A stretch of 62,721 nt of DNA from Negaprion brevirostris (Eukaryota), in NCBI GenBank assembly GCA_030324005.1, contig JARDVH010000132.1, positions 67,323,479 through 67,386,199 on the forward strand. The letters are read 5' to 3'. Below are positions 20,901-33,749 of this stretch, in pieces. Numbering within the stretch: position 1 is the stretch's first letter; every line of letters starts with the position of its first letter. A model generated the notes under the pieces. It saw only the letters and a list, made by a program, of their open reading frames with translations. It searched no databases and was not told where the DNA came from. Position numbers and translations under genes: made by a program.

Positions 20901-23900
20901 GAGGTGCCAAGAGTCACTACCAAGCTAGGGTCCTACTGAATATGGCAAGTTCTGCAAGACATAACGGGCTACAGTCTGTGTCCTGACATCTCCGACTATC
21001 TTCATTACTTGTTACAATCTTTCCGAGTTTTGCATCATCTGCACATTTTGTAATATTGCCTCCTATACCCATGTTTGTGTCATTAATATATATCAAAATG
21101 AGCAGTAAAAGCAATACTGAGGATACACCATTGTATACATCTCTCCATTTTCAGTCAAGATTTGCATGCAAGTTATCACTTCGATAGATGGTGTTAATCT
21201 TTCAAGGTGTAAATCTTACTCTACTTTTATTGTCCAAATTATGCATGGTTGAGAGAACCTTTCACCAACTTGTAAGATTTAAATCTCCCCTTTGAGCCAT
21301 AACTCAATTGTAGAAGCCCTGTAGTATAGGCTTAGATGTGCTGAGTGGGTTTTTTTTTCATGTCCCTTGACAGGAAGTTCAAGCCAGTAGATCCAGTACC
21401 AAATTTGATGCTGGGTGCATCTCTAGGAAGGCCAGATTGAAACAAGATACTCTCAGGATTTGGCTGTTACTACAAAAGCAAGCATTTTATGGCCCATTCC
21501 TAGTTTCCACCGAGAAAGCAGGTGTGGGCCAACCCCTTGAACCTTTGCAGTCTGTATGGTGAAAGTGCACCCAAAGTGTTGTTTGCTGGGAAGGTCTAGG
21601 ACTTTTTTCAGCATCAAGAAGGAATGCTGATATATGGCCAGGCCAGAATGGCAAGTGACTTGAGATGTTGGTCTTCCTGTGTATCTACTTCTCTTGTCCT
21701 TCCAGAGCTGTTTGTGAATTGTATCAAAGAAGCCTTGGTGACTTTCTGTTGTAGATCCTGTAGATTGTGCATGTTGTAGCTGTGGTATGCTCTTTTAAGA
21801 AGTTCCTTCAAGGGATATGGCTGTCACTGGCCAGGCTGGCATTTACTAGCCATTCCTAATTGCCCTTAAGAAGGTGATGGTGAGCTACCTTCTTGAACTG
21901 ATGTCATCCATATATTGTAGGAAGTTTCAAAGTGCTGTTAGGGAAGGAACTCCAAGATTTTGACCAAGTAACAGTGAAGGTACAGCAATATATTTCCAAA
22001 TCAGATGCTGTGTAATGAAAAGAAGACCTTGCAGGTGGGGTGTTCCCATCCAACTATTCTCCTTGCCTTTCCAGGTGGTAGAGGTTGCGGGTTTGGAAGG
22101 TGCTGTTGAAGGAGCCTTGGTGAGCTGCTGCAGTTCATCTTGCAGATGGTACTCCCTGCTGCTACTGTGTGTAGTGGCAAAGGGAGGGGATCCTAAAGGT
22201 GGTGTATAGGGTGCTAGTCAACTAGGTTTTGTCCTGGATGGTCTGCTTTAGAAGCTATGGTATTTTTACAGCTGGTTCCAGTTGAATTTTTGATCAATGG
22301 TGACACCCAGGCTGTAAATGGTGGGGGATTCAATTGTGGTAATACTAGCGAATGTCAAAGGGTACTAAGGCTCTGGCATTTTGGAGATGGTTAATGCCTA
22401 GCAGTTCTGTGACATGAATATTACTTGTCACCTCTCACCTGAAGTCTGGATGCCCATTAGTTCTTGCTTTGCTGGGCATAGACTGTTACAGTACCAATGG
22501 AAATCATCAATGAACAGCCTCAACATTAGCCTTATGCGAGAGAGAAGGTCATTGAAGCAGCTCAAGATTATTGGAGCTTGCATGCATCCCGGTGGAAATT
22601 CTACAGTGATGTCTTGGGGCTAAGATGTTTGGTATTTAGCAACACGATTCATCTTAGTTTGAGTCTGGTATGAGTCCAATCAGTGGATGGGTTTTCTTTG
22701 TTCTTCAACTATTTTTTATCAGGGGTCTTTGATATCATATTTGGTTGAAATATCCTTGATGTGAATTGCAACCTCACCTATAGAATTAAGCTCCTTTGTT
22801 AACATTTGGACCAAAACCTTAATGAGGCATGGTGCTGCGTGAACTTGGTGGAACCTAAACTGAGCATCAATGATTGGGTTCTTCCTATGTGCAAATTCAC
22901 ACTGTTGCAAACCCCACCCATTACTTTGGTGAAGAAAATTCCAGTAATACCGGTATCAGTTCAATCCAGGACTGAATGGGGAAATGGAAAACAGTTCTGA
23001 ACTGATATTCCAGTCAGAAGTGCCAGTCATGGTGCCAGCAATACAGGACATGCTGCCAGCAAATCTGTTCATGCTGCCTACAAATCTGATTATGGTGCCA
23101 GTAATACTGATGATATTACAGGTAATGATCTGAACTGGTTATTTTTCCAGTTTACCCAGTGGTCTTTATTGCTGCCGCAATTACATGTATTGCTTCTGTG
23201 CTTATTACATTTATTGCTGGCAGAGGCTGAAGTGAACATCAACTGATGTCAATAACTGGGAATACACAGTCCCCATTCAATGTGTGTTTGTGTGGATGGA
23301 GGCCCTCAAGATTAATGTCTGCGATTCTGCAGATTTGGAAGTTCCAGGCAAGATATTCAGAATAAAAGTTTCTGTAAAAGCTGTGCAAATTTTAATGTGG
23401 AAAATAACAACCATAAAACACTGAAATTCATATTGATCCCAGGCAGAATAAGTTGGAATAAAAGCTTCAGTAAAAGCTGCATGAGCAAACACAAATAACT
23501 GCACCTTATCATTGCACTGCACTGATTGATTCCAGGCTAATGTTGGATTTCTGTTCAGATCTATAATTTTTTCACATTGTAATTGTTCAGTCTGCCTTGC
23601 TCCTTTGAAACCTCCTCCTCGTTCAACCCCTTTGTCTTCGACTGATAGGCCAGACATACTGCAGACGGGGAAGGAAGAGGAGAAACACAAACATTGACTC
23701 ATTGAAACTATGAGTCACAATTGAGAGAGGAGTGAAGTTTATTGCAGGAAGAGATAGGACGTTTAATCAGAAGAAGATTGGAAACATGGGCATCTACGTG
23801 GAATGCAATTGAAGAAAAATTAATTTTGGGGACCGAAGGCTACAGTTCTCATGGGCGAGAGAAGGTGTTTTATTATATGCTGACTGCCAGTGTTAATGAA

Positions 23901-24199
23901 GTGTGGATATGCAACCATACATGGAGCTGAATCTATGCACTTTGGTACCCCATACAGCAATGACCAGGGACTGAACAAATAAGGAGTTTATCCTCTCGCC
24001 TGTGACATTTGCTCACTGCTGCTCTCTGATCTCCAAAATGGCCTGCAATTGAATGTGTAGGAGAAAAAATGTACTTATCAATAGCTTGTGTGCAAGATCT
24101 GTAAATACAGACTAATTTACCGTACGTTAACACATGCTGTATGAATGCAGGTTATGTACGCCATCAGCTATGATATCTATCACTTTAAATGTGAACCAG

Positions 24200-24523
24200 G
24201 ATTGCACAGTAGTGCAGTGGTTAGCACTGCTGCTTCACAAGTCCAGGGATCCAGGCTTGATTCTGGCCATGGATGTCTATCTGTGCGGAGTTTGCACATT
24301 CTCCCCATGTCTGCATGGGTTTCCACCCACAATCCAAAGATGTGCAGGCTAGGTGGACTGGCCATGCTAAATTGCCACTTAGTGTCCCAGGATGTGAAAG
24401 TTAGATGGATAATCCATGGGAAATGTGTGGGATTAGGGGGGTAGGGTGGGCAAAAGGGTCCGTCAGAGAGTCGGTACATACTCAGTTGACCATATGGCCT
24501 CTTCTGCAATATACGGATTCTAT
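24200..24523 (+). mobile_element. HE1/V-SINE (tail A)
   Basis: gcacagtagtgcagtggttagcactgctgcttcaca head; V-domain; ...gattctatg tail. Confidence 0.85.
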
Positions 24524-25534
24524 GAGAAACTTCTGCCACCCTCTGCTGGAGGGCTGCCTTCTCTGCCACCAGCTTCTGACAGGTAACCATCTCTTCCTGG
24601 GTTGAGGTGCATTCTGCAACAACCTCCAGCTGCATTGGGGCCTGGAAAGTTCTAGCTTATTATGTCATCAGCACTGACTGCTGGTGCATAAAGCTCCTCA
24701 GCTACTTGCGTTGGGCAGCATCCATTCCAGTAATCTTATCTTTCTATCTTTCTAGATGTTGATAAGGTTGTTGTCAGTTTCGACATGAGCAGGCATCCAA
24801 ATTCCATACTCTATTTGCATGTGGGCACATAGTTGTCCATGCAGGTCTGTATGAATACAATATTAACCAACACAGTGAAAAGGGACATATAGATATCTGC
24901 TGGAGTACATATACCCTGACCGTAGTAGCATCTTCCAATGCACTCTGCACTTGAATATAGTCGTGAGGGAAACATGGTCAGCACTGCGCGCGAAATGGTC
25001 TGTGTCTTAAAAAATACATCATCCTGTTTCAAGTTCTCCTTCCCTGAAGTGCAGTTGATACGCTTGGCTGAATCCACCTCATGTTGTACATCTTGGATTC
25101 ATGGTAGGCTTGGAGGTCAAACTTTTTAACGACTTTTGCAATTGACACAATTCAGTGAACCTTTTTGTCATCCAATAAGTGAACATTGCAACACTAGTTA
25201 TTTTCAGGTCTGAGGGTAACTGATTTGATTTGATTTATTATTGTTACATGTATTAACATACACTTAAAAGTATTGTTTTTGCACGCTATACAGACAAAAC
25301 ATACCATATATACGGAAGGAAAGGACAGAGTGCAAAATGTAGTTTCACAGTCATAACTAGGGTGTAACAAGAGTAAAAGATAGAATTAGAAGGTATGCAG
25401 GGCACAGCCTGCAAAAAGTCGTCTCACTCCAGCACCATAATGATTGGATTGATTTCAGAAATCAGCGTCAAAAAATAACTCTCAACTCCCCAGTTGCGTC
25501 TGGCCTGATTTTTAAATTCTCGTTACTGTAATGT

Positions 25535-26338
25535 GTCCCAAAGGTGTGTTGGTTGGTGCATTGGCCATGCTAAATTCTCCCTCAGTGTACCTGAACAGGT
25601 GCTGAAATGTGGCAACTAGGGGATTTTCACAGTAACTTCATTGCAGTGTTAATGTAAGTCTGCTTGTGATACTAATAAATAAACTTAAACTTAACCAATC
25701 ATCCAGCAGCATTGGGGCAGCTACCAGCCAAATGATTTCTAAGTAGGATGGAACATGCAAGGAGATGAATGGAGACCTTGAAATCAGCACCAAAAAAGAA
25801 CAGCAATTAACCAAATGGTGCCACCTTGGAACTCACGTTTATAAATCCAGGTGTTCAATATTTTTGAAACTTTCACCTGGCTGCTAGTAAGCTTAGCGCT
25901 TTTAGGTGTAATTGTTTAAGGAACATTGTTTAAGTTCATGAAGTTTACTTATTAGTGTCGCACATAGGATCACATTAAACAATGCAATGAATTTTACTGT
26001 AAAAATCCTCTAGTCACCACAGTCCAATGCCTGTTCATACACTGAGAGAGAATTTAGCATGGCCAATGCACCTAACCAGCATGGTTTTCAGACTGTGGGA
26101 GGAAACCGGAGCACCCGAGGAAACCCATGCAGATATAGGGAGAGAGTGCAGACTCCGCATAGACAGTGACCCAAGCTGGGAATCAAACCTGGGTCCCTAG
26201 CACTGTGAGGCAGCAGTGCTAACCACTGTGCCGCTCTGTAGGGTGTATAAGTAGGGTTATGGGGAGAGGGCTTGGTTGGGATTGTGTTCAGTGCAGCCTT
26301 GATGGGCCGAATGGCCTCCTGGATTGTAAGGATTCCAT
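25535..26338. mobile_element. V-SINE cluster: tail-B fragment (+, 25535-25693), tail-B copy (-, 25942-26233), tail-A fragment (+, 26240-26338)
   Basis: Direct similarity to the other HE1 copies in the window. Confidence 0.8.
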
Positions 26339-26782
26339 AATTTACTCAAAATATTGAGTAGGAAGAGAGACTTCTCCTATCAGGGATCGTTTGTTCATTT
26401 TATTGCTTACTTGATTATTTAATTACCAAAAGAGTTCAAAGGAGACATCTGGGGCACTGAGTTGGTCAGGAAGGAGGCAGACATCTGTAATGTTGCATTC
26501 TGTAATTAATCTAGTGTTAAGTAAAGGATCGATGTCTGGATTCCTGCTTCACCATCTGGCTTTTGAATGAATTAATAAAGGTTTCCCAGTAGCTTGGTTT
26601 GATGTTTTCAGACAGGTTAGACAACTGGCTGACTCATAAAAATGTTTTTAAGTGAACATACAATCTAGGAAGGAAATGTTACTCATGACCAATGGTTATT
26701 TGCTGTTTGGAATTTTTATTTGTTGATTTGGGTTATTGTGGAAACTACAGCATACTGATAATGTTACTGAATTAAAGTAAAT

Positions 26783-27089
26783 GTTAAAGTTTATTTATTT
26801 ATTAGTGTCACAAGTAGCCTTACATCAACACTGCAATAAAGTTACTGTGAGAATCCCCTAGTCGCCACACTCCGGCGCCTGCTCGGTACTCTGAGGGAGA
26901 ACTTAGCAAGGCCAATGCACCTAACCTGCACATCTTTGGACTGTGGGAGGCAACTGGAGCACCAGGAGGAAACCTACACAGACACTGGGAAGAACGTACA
27001 AACTTCACACGCACAGTGACTCACGCCTGGAATTGAACCTGGGTATCTGGTGCTGTGAGGCTCAGTGCTATTCACTGTGCCACTGTGCC
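26783..27089 (-). mobile_element. HE1/V-SINE (tail B)
   Basis: Near-full reverse complement of 55990-56272. Confidence 0.88.
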
Positions 27090-27899
27090 GATGTGTTCTC
27101 TGGTGAACCCAAACTTTGTGGAAAAATATTGCCAAAAATGTGTGATTGACTCACAGTATGTTAGTCAATCACACATTTAGTCAAATGTGTGTTAGTCTGT
27201 CACAAAGGGATGAATGAGTTATTGTGAAAATTAAAAAGAGAGGGAAATTATTCCTTCAAGGAAGCAGCACCAAGCATACTTAAAAATGAGGTGTCAACCA
27301 GGTGAAACTACAACACGGGATGACTTGCATACCCCTACAGGCATCGGGGCACTCCCCCTTCCCAGAGGCACCCGGGCAACCCCTCCTACCCACAGGCATT
27401 GCAGCAACCCTCCACCCACAGGCGTCAGGGCACCTCCAAACACTGGGGCAAAACCTCCCCACCCGTCCTGCAAGCATCAGGGCCACCTCCCTCTCCCCAA
27501 CACACATAAGGACACTGTCTAGGCATGCCCCTCTCCCCCTGAGGGCTATCTATACCTTTGTGCCCCCAGTGGGTTCCGCTCGATAGCTTCCCATTTCCCA
27601 AAAACTGTTGCACGGCAGTGGAAAATGTGAAACGTCGACCAAAGAAGCTCTGGTGCACATTTCACTGCTTCAAACCAAACTAAATGAAGAAAAAATAATA
27701 ATTATGATAGAGTGCTTTGTACCTCAAGGATTTCAGTATAATTACTTCTGTTACTAGTGTAAGCAGGGCACACAATTTGTTCCACAAACAGCAAACTAGT
27801 TTCATGGAGTGTTAGTTGAAGAAGAAATATTGGTTGGTACTAAGAAAACTCTGCTTTTTGAATTGTATAATGAGATACTTTATGTTCACTCAAACAGAT

Positions 27900-28456
27900 G
27901 GGTGGCACAGTGTCACATTGGTTCGCATTGCTGCTTCACAGCACCAGGGACCCAGGTTTAATTCTGGCCCTGGGTCACTGCCTGTATGGGATTTGCAGGT
28001 TCTCCCCTTGTCTGCGTGGGTTTCCTCAGGGTGCTCCTGTTTCCTCCCACAATCCAACAATGCACAGCATTGGCCACGCCAAATTGCCCATTAATATCCC
28101 AAGATGTGTAGGTTTGGCAGATTAGCCGTAGTAAATGTTCACAGGATCATAGAATAGAATCAGAGAATCCCTACAGCGCAGAAGGAGGCCATTCGGTCCA
28201 TTGAGTCTGCATCGACCACAATCCCACCCAAGCCCTATCCCCATAACCCCATGCATTTACCCTAACTAGTCCCCCTGACACTAAGGATCAATTTAGCGTG
28301 CCAGTTCACCTAACCCACACATCTTTGAGGTGTGGGTGGAAATTGGAGCACCTGGAGGAAACCCAAGCAGACATGGGTAGAATGTGAAAACTCCACACAA
28401 TGACCAAAACAGGAATTGAACCTGGATCCTTGGCGCTAACCACTGCCACCGTGCCA
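27900..28456. mobile_element. Tail-to-tail inverted pair of HE1/V-SINEs (+ 27900-28140; - 28146-28456)
   Basis: Both halves carry head and V-domain in opposite orientation. Confidence 0.85.
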
Positions 28457-28728
28457 ACCAGTGACAACTGCCTTTCTGCTGGGAGATTGAAAAGCTGTAG
28501 TCTGTGTGGAGGTTGGGACTAATTTTAACCTTCATCATCTATGTCTGGGAAGCAAATTATTCACAGATTTCAATGAACTGAAAATCAAACAGGTGAGAAA
28601 GGCACCCTGCCCTTGCAGAATACTGCCAAATCCTGAAGATTAAAATTATCCTGGACTTCTTTGCAAATGTTCATTTCTATTCATAGCCATGAATAGACAA
28701 TGCCGATGAATGTATGTTTTTGTGAATA

Positions 28729-29072
28729 TAGAATCATAGAAACCCTACAGTGAAGAGGCCATTCGACCCTTCGAGTCTGCACCGACCACAACCCCACCCA
28801 GGCCCTTCCCTCATATCCCTACATATTTACCCACTAATCCCTCTAACCTACACATCTCAGGACACTAAGGGCAATTTTAGCATGACCAATCAACCTAATC
28901 TATACATCTTCGGACTGTGGGAGGAAACCGGAGCACCCGGAGGAAACTCAAACACGGGGACAATGTGCAAACTCCACACTGACAGTGACCCAAGCCAGGA
29001 ATCGAAGCCAAGTCGCTGGAGCTGTGAAGCAACAGTGCTAACCATTGTGCTACCGTGCCGCCCCAACAATTC
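28729..29072 (-). mobile_element. Full-length HE1/V-SINE (tail A)
   Basis: tagaatcataga tail through to the gtgccgccc head. Confidence 0.9.
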
Positions 29073-29099
29073 TTAGACAAACAGATTCATGGGAATAGC

Positions 29100-30545
29100 A
29101 TGATGTATTCATACAGGGAAATGAGGGAGTTATGCAAGGGTGGTTTAGTTATCCAAATATTGTAACGCTATAATGGATACTATTTAAAGAAGAAATATTA
29201 CATGGGGAGGTTAGGTACAGTCCAACAAAAGGGTAAGACAGGAGGATTTAGTCAGCAGTATTTAACCAGGCAATGGAGTTAGATGAAACAAAAAAAGCAG
29301 TATGAGGCATGTCAGGTGAATTCTTAAAGTGAGAATCAAACCAAATACAAGAGAGAAAATGAAACTAGAATTGCTGTTAACATAAAAGGTAACCAAAAAG
29401 ATCTTCTACATAAATAATAAGCAAGGTGTTAGAGGCGTGATGGACCCTATTAGGAACAAAAAAGGTAAAATACATTTAGAGATGCAGAACAAAGCTAGAA
29501 ATATTGAATGCAATTTGATTTCAGTGTTTACCAAGGAAGTGAATGCTGACAAAATATTGATAAAAGCGGAGGTAGTTTGGGAATTAATGAGATAAAAATT
29601 GATAGGCAGGTTATACTGGAAAGGCTAGTTATGCTTAGAGTGGATAAGATACCTGGGCTGGATGACTCCAACACACTTTGCTAAAGGAAGTGAGACTCGA
29701 GACAGTGAAAAGGCTTGACATGATCTTCTTATTTTCTCTAGATACAGGACAGGTGCCAAAGGGTTAGAAAATGATAAATGTGACACCCTTATTCAAAAAA
29801 GGGTGTAAAGACATTTAGCTTAACATCAGAGATGGATAAGGCTTTATAAACAGTGATCAGTTGAAAAATTAACCGGCATTAAAAAATTTGAGTTAACCAA
29901 GGAGAACCAGCACAGATTTGAACAAGGCAGCCTAACTTTTGATGAAGTAAGAGATAATGTTGATGAATGCATTGGATGTTATCGGTATGGATTTTAAAAA
30001 AGTATTTGGCAAATTATCAGACAAAAAGCATGTTAACAAAATGAAGGTTCAAGGAATAGGACAGTCAGTGTTAGCTTGGATTTTTAAAGATGGCTTAAGG
30101 ACAGAAAACTGTCATCCTTCTAATCTAAACTCTGGAGAATATAGCCCCAGTCAGCTCAATTTCTCCTCAAAGGACAATTTCACCATCTCAGGAATTGATC
30201 TGGCGAACCTTCACTGCACTCCATCTCTGGCAACTATATTCCTGCTTAGGTTAGGGGGATAATACTTCAGGTGTGGTCTCACCAAGGTCTACACAATTAC
30301 TGCAAAATAACTTTACATCAAAACCCAAATTGTTTTGCAATAAAGACAAATATACAATTTGCCTTGCTAATTGTTTGCTGCATCTGTGTGTTAGCTTTCA
30401 GTGAGTCACGAACAAGAACACTCAGATTCCTTTGGACATCAATACTTCTCAACCTCTTATCATTTAAGGAATACTCTGTATTTCTTCACTTAACCTATCT
30501 AATCTCCTTTGCATCCTCCTCACAACTCACATGCCCACCTAGAAA
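29100..30545. mobile_element. CR1 fossils (+ 29100-30110; - 30110-30545)
   Basis: MDFKKVFGKL / GIGQSVLAWI RT motifs; reverse CR1 3' region. Confidence 0.75.
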
Positions 30546-30727
30546 ATGAAGTGGTTAAAAAAAAGGCTCCAAAGAAAATGAATTGAACAAAGGAAATTTA
30601 AAGCTAAAATCACACTAAGTTCCCACACACACACTCCTGGATAATCCTGTCACATCAAATCCCTTATTTGGGATCTTCTAGTTTAGAAAGTCAACCTGTG
30701 ATCTATAATATTTTCTTGACTTTGCAG

Positions 30728-30916
30728 CAACACTGGACATTTTATAAATCTCTGTTTGATGTCTGTGGAGGAACTGCCCGCTCTCTGATGCACCTGGCCA
30801 GATGTACTATTCGAGCAGTGTTACAGAAACGATGTCACAAAGCAGTGCCAAAACTTAACCTCCCACCTCGACTTAAAAAATATCTTCTATTAGAACCAGA
30901 AGGTGTGTTCTACTGA
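30728..30916 (+). CDS. ASB4: ASB4 exon 5, SOCS box ([10 protein letters not shown]...[15 protein letters not shown]...[20 protein letters not shown])
   Basis: tttgcag|CAA; 189 nt to TGA; BC box SLMHLARC and Cul5 box LPPRLKKYL; C-terminus matches human [14 protein letters not shown]. Confidence 0.96.
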   Translation, partial: QHWTFYKSLFDVCGGTARSLMHLARCTIRAVLQKRCHKAVPKLNLPPRLKKYLLLEPEGVFY

Positions 30917-30998
30917 GTATCAAAGTTGGTAAATGAATTCTGCACAGACCATATGATTGTATTCTTTTGAATTGTATCAACCATTGCACAAAGTTAAT

Positions 30999-32132
30999 GG
31001 CCTGGATTTTGTGGTCAGTGGTAAAGGAACAGCACTCTCTATTCATTATGCTTGTAGCTACCATAGACTTATTGTGGACTTCTGACCAGAAACTTACAGT
31101 TAGTTACTAGGGACTTTTTTTTCAGCAAAGTACCCTCATCAGGAGGTCAGTGGCACGTGTCAGCAGGAAAAACAAAGCATAACTTTTAAGATGCTCAGAT
31201 AAATGAATCCTCACATGTGCGCGCAGAGTCCAAATCAGGAGTGTAAATTACAATATTTTATTCAATGTAAAATAATGTACAGAAAGCAAAGTAAAGTGAG
31301 GGGCAAAAAAAAACACTTGTATTTATATAGTGCTCTTCACAACCACTTGGCATCTCAAAGTGCTTTATCTTTCGAAGTGTAGTCACTGTTGTAATGTAGG
31401 AAATATGGCAGTCAATATGCAAACTCCTGCAAACAACAATGTGATAACGAACAGATTTTTTATGACATCGATGGAGGGTTGAATATTGGCCAGGACATCA
31501 AATGTAACTCCACTGCTCTTCTTTGAAATATTGCCATTGTGATCTTTTACATCCACCAAACCAGGCAGAAGGGCCCTTGGTTTAATGTCTCATGCAAAAT
31601 GCTCTGCCTCAGCTCTGCCTTCAAGTGTCAGCTTGATTGTTATCCCCAAACCCTGGAGTGGGAATTGAACCTGGAACCTTGTGTTTTGGAGGTGAGGTAA
31701 AGGAAGATGGTGATCAAGAGTTAAAAGAAACAGAAAAAGCAAATTACAAAAACATTATTTTTTAACTTCAAATCTCCAACAATAATTAAAATCTGAAAGA
31801 AATGTGACTCCACATTGATGAAATTAAAATCTCAATACCAGAGAAGGTGGGCTATAATTAAAATTTTCATGCCATTTAAAATTCATTTACACCCAAGTAC
31901 TTTTCCAACATGTTAAATATCACAATTTCACGGCCTTTGTGTATGTTCATGCTGTATAGGTGTGGAGATATCAGTATAGCAAAAACTGTGGAAGAGAAGG
32001 GTAACTAAGACAGCAATTTCTGGATTTTTACATTTAACTGCACATTTTGGAACTAAATCGCAATTTGATTTTCTCCAAAATAACTGTGAGCACTGATTTC
32101 CTCCCCTTTATGTTTAATCCAAAATCTGGGCC
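30999..32132. mobile_element. PIF/Harbinger-like non-autonomous DNA element with a nested Deu-SINE
   Basis: TIRs GGCCTGGATTTTG / CAAAATCTGGGCC (11/13, differences consistent with CpG decay). Superfamily is inferred. Confidence 0.5.
31313..31697 (-). mobile_element. Deu-domain SINE (SacSINE1/AmnSINE-like) downstream of the ASB4 stop
   Basis: Reverse L2-type tail cttgtatttatatagtgc, Deu-like core (ctgctcttctttgaaatattgccat...atcttttacatccacc), reverse tRNA B box gggaattgaacc. Family name from recall. Confidence 0.65.
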
Positions 32133-32569
32133 ATTGGAATTCTTTTCGAGCTTTTCTGTGTACAAACTGCACCTGTCTATATATTTTAAAGTATTTTTTA
32201 AAAAACAATGAACAAGTGTGATAGAATATGAAGTACACAAATGTATAGTAAATTTTACAGACTTACATTATTACATTTGTCAAGAAAATTATTATTTCAA
32301 AAATGATTGCGTAGTGTTAAAGTGTTTAACAACAAAGCTCATTTGATCATTTAAGTGCACACTTTACTAACAGTACGTTAGTAATGTTCTTTGACATGGG
32401 ATCTATCTATTTTTCTAATTTCCTGAGGGAATCAGAGCACCAATTAGGGTAAAGCTTTCAGGATGTTACACTCACATCATAGAATTATGATAATCTCACA
32501 TTCAAATTAAGAAGGTATCAGATATTTTATGACAATTTCCACATGAAGTCCAACATGAGACTATTTGAA

Positions 32570-33565
32570 TTTATATTCGCCTTGTGATCACAGATTTATC
32601 CCTTAATCTGTCCTGTCTAAACCTCTACAAATCTAATAATTTGATGTCATCGTCAAAACACTCCTTAGTCTCAACACCTACTTCTTTATTAACGTCACCT
32701 CCTTCCAGATCTACCCCATATTACTCCATCTACATGTTTCTTCTTTAAAATCTGCCTTGTTTACTGCCTCCACATCCCTGTCCCCTCCCTCCACCAAGTT
32801 CAACCAGATGTTTTTTCTTTCCTCCCACAGACTCTGCACTTAAGTATTCATCAGCCTGGGCAATTTCAATTGTATTCCACAATACCTTTACTCCTTTGAT
32901 TATGTACTCCTGACCTCTCTTAATCTCCACCTACATATAATTCACTGCCATTTCCTTAACATTGGTTGAATGGTCTTTGTACTCGCCCATGTTCTTGATC
33001 ACAATCAAGACCATCTCCTGGCATTCCACACCACCAATATTCCCCTTCCAACCCAACTTCCTTCTGCATCCACTCTTGGAAAAATTTCCAGGGCCACTTA
33101 CTTTCAAACTTCCAACATGGCTTGTCAATTTATTTCTCTTATTTGTTGCCTTTCAATCCTTACTTTTTCCAACAAGTCTTTCCTCCTGGCCTGGTTAAAA
33201 TGAGCCAAACTGGCATGCAGTCCCAAAACATCAAACTTTGTATTCTCACGGCCAGCCTTTTCTTTACTCCTCCAACCCAACAACTCTCAAAATAGAGTTC
33301 TGCGTTCATTTGACACTGACCCTTTTATGCTTCCCACCTTCCTTTCACCTCACCATTTGCAACTGTGTCCTCAATTGTCTACATTCCACACATTGGAACT
33401 CCCTTTCCATTTCTCTCTTCTCCTTCCTTAAAACAGATTTGTTCCTTCCTAATATCTCAATCCTTGGCTCAATATCAAACTTTATCCAATTAAACTTCAC
33501 AGAAGCACTTTGGCACATTTTGCGAAATTAAATCAAAGTATATGAATGCAAGTATTTGCTGTTGC
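32570..33565 (+). mobile_element. Ancient L2-like LINE 3' fragment
   Basis: Pyrimidine-rich L2-type decay, ending aagcactttggcac...tatatgaatgcaagtatttgctgttg (L2 tail). Confidence 0.5.
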
Positions 33566-33743
33566 TTTGATCACAATTTAGCTACTGGTAGCTGGAGAGA
33601 ATTCTATTCTCCCTAGCCATTCCCTTTCAGCACATGCACTTATAAGAAATTAAAGTCATGAAATGTTTGTTGTAATGCTTCTGGATTCCATGTGTATCTT
33701 TATTGTTGTAACATTAAGGAAATATATACTTTAAACATTTCTA

Positions 33744-33749
33744 AATAAA
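33744..33749 (+). terminator. Candidate ASB4 polyadenylation signal
   Basis: AATAAA followed about 25 nt later by a T/GT-rich tract (atttttttctgttttctttc); 2.8 kb after the stop. No transcript evidence. Confidence 0.35.
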
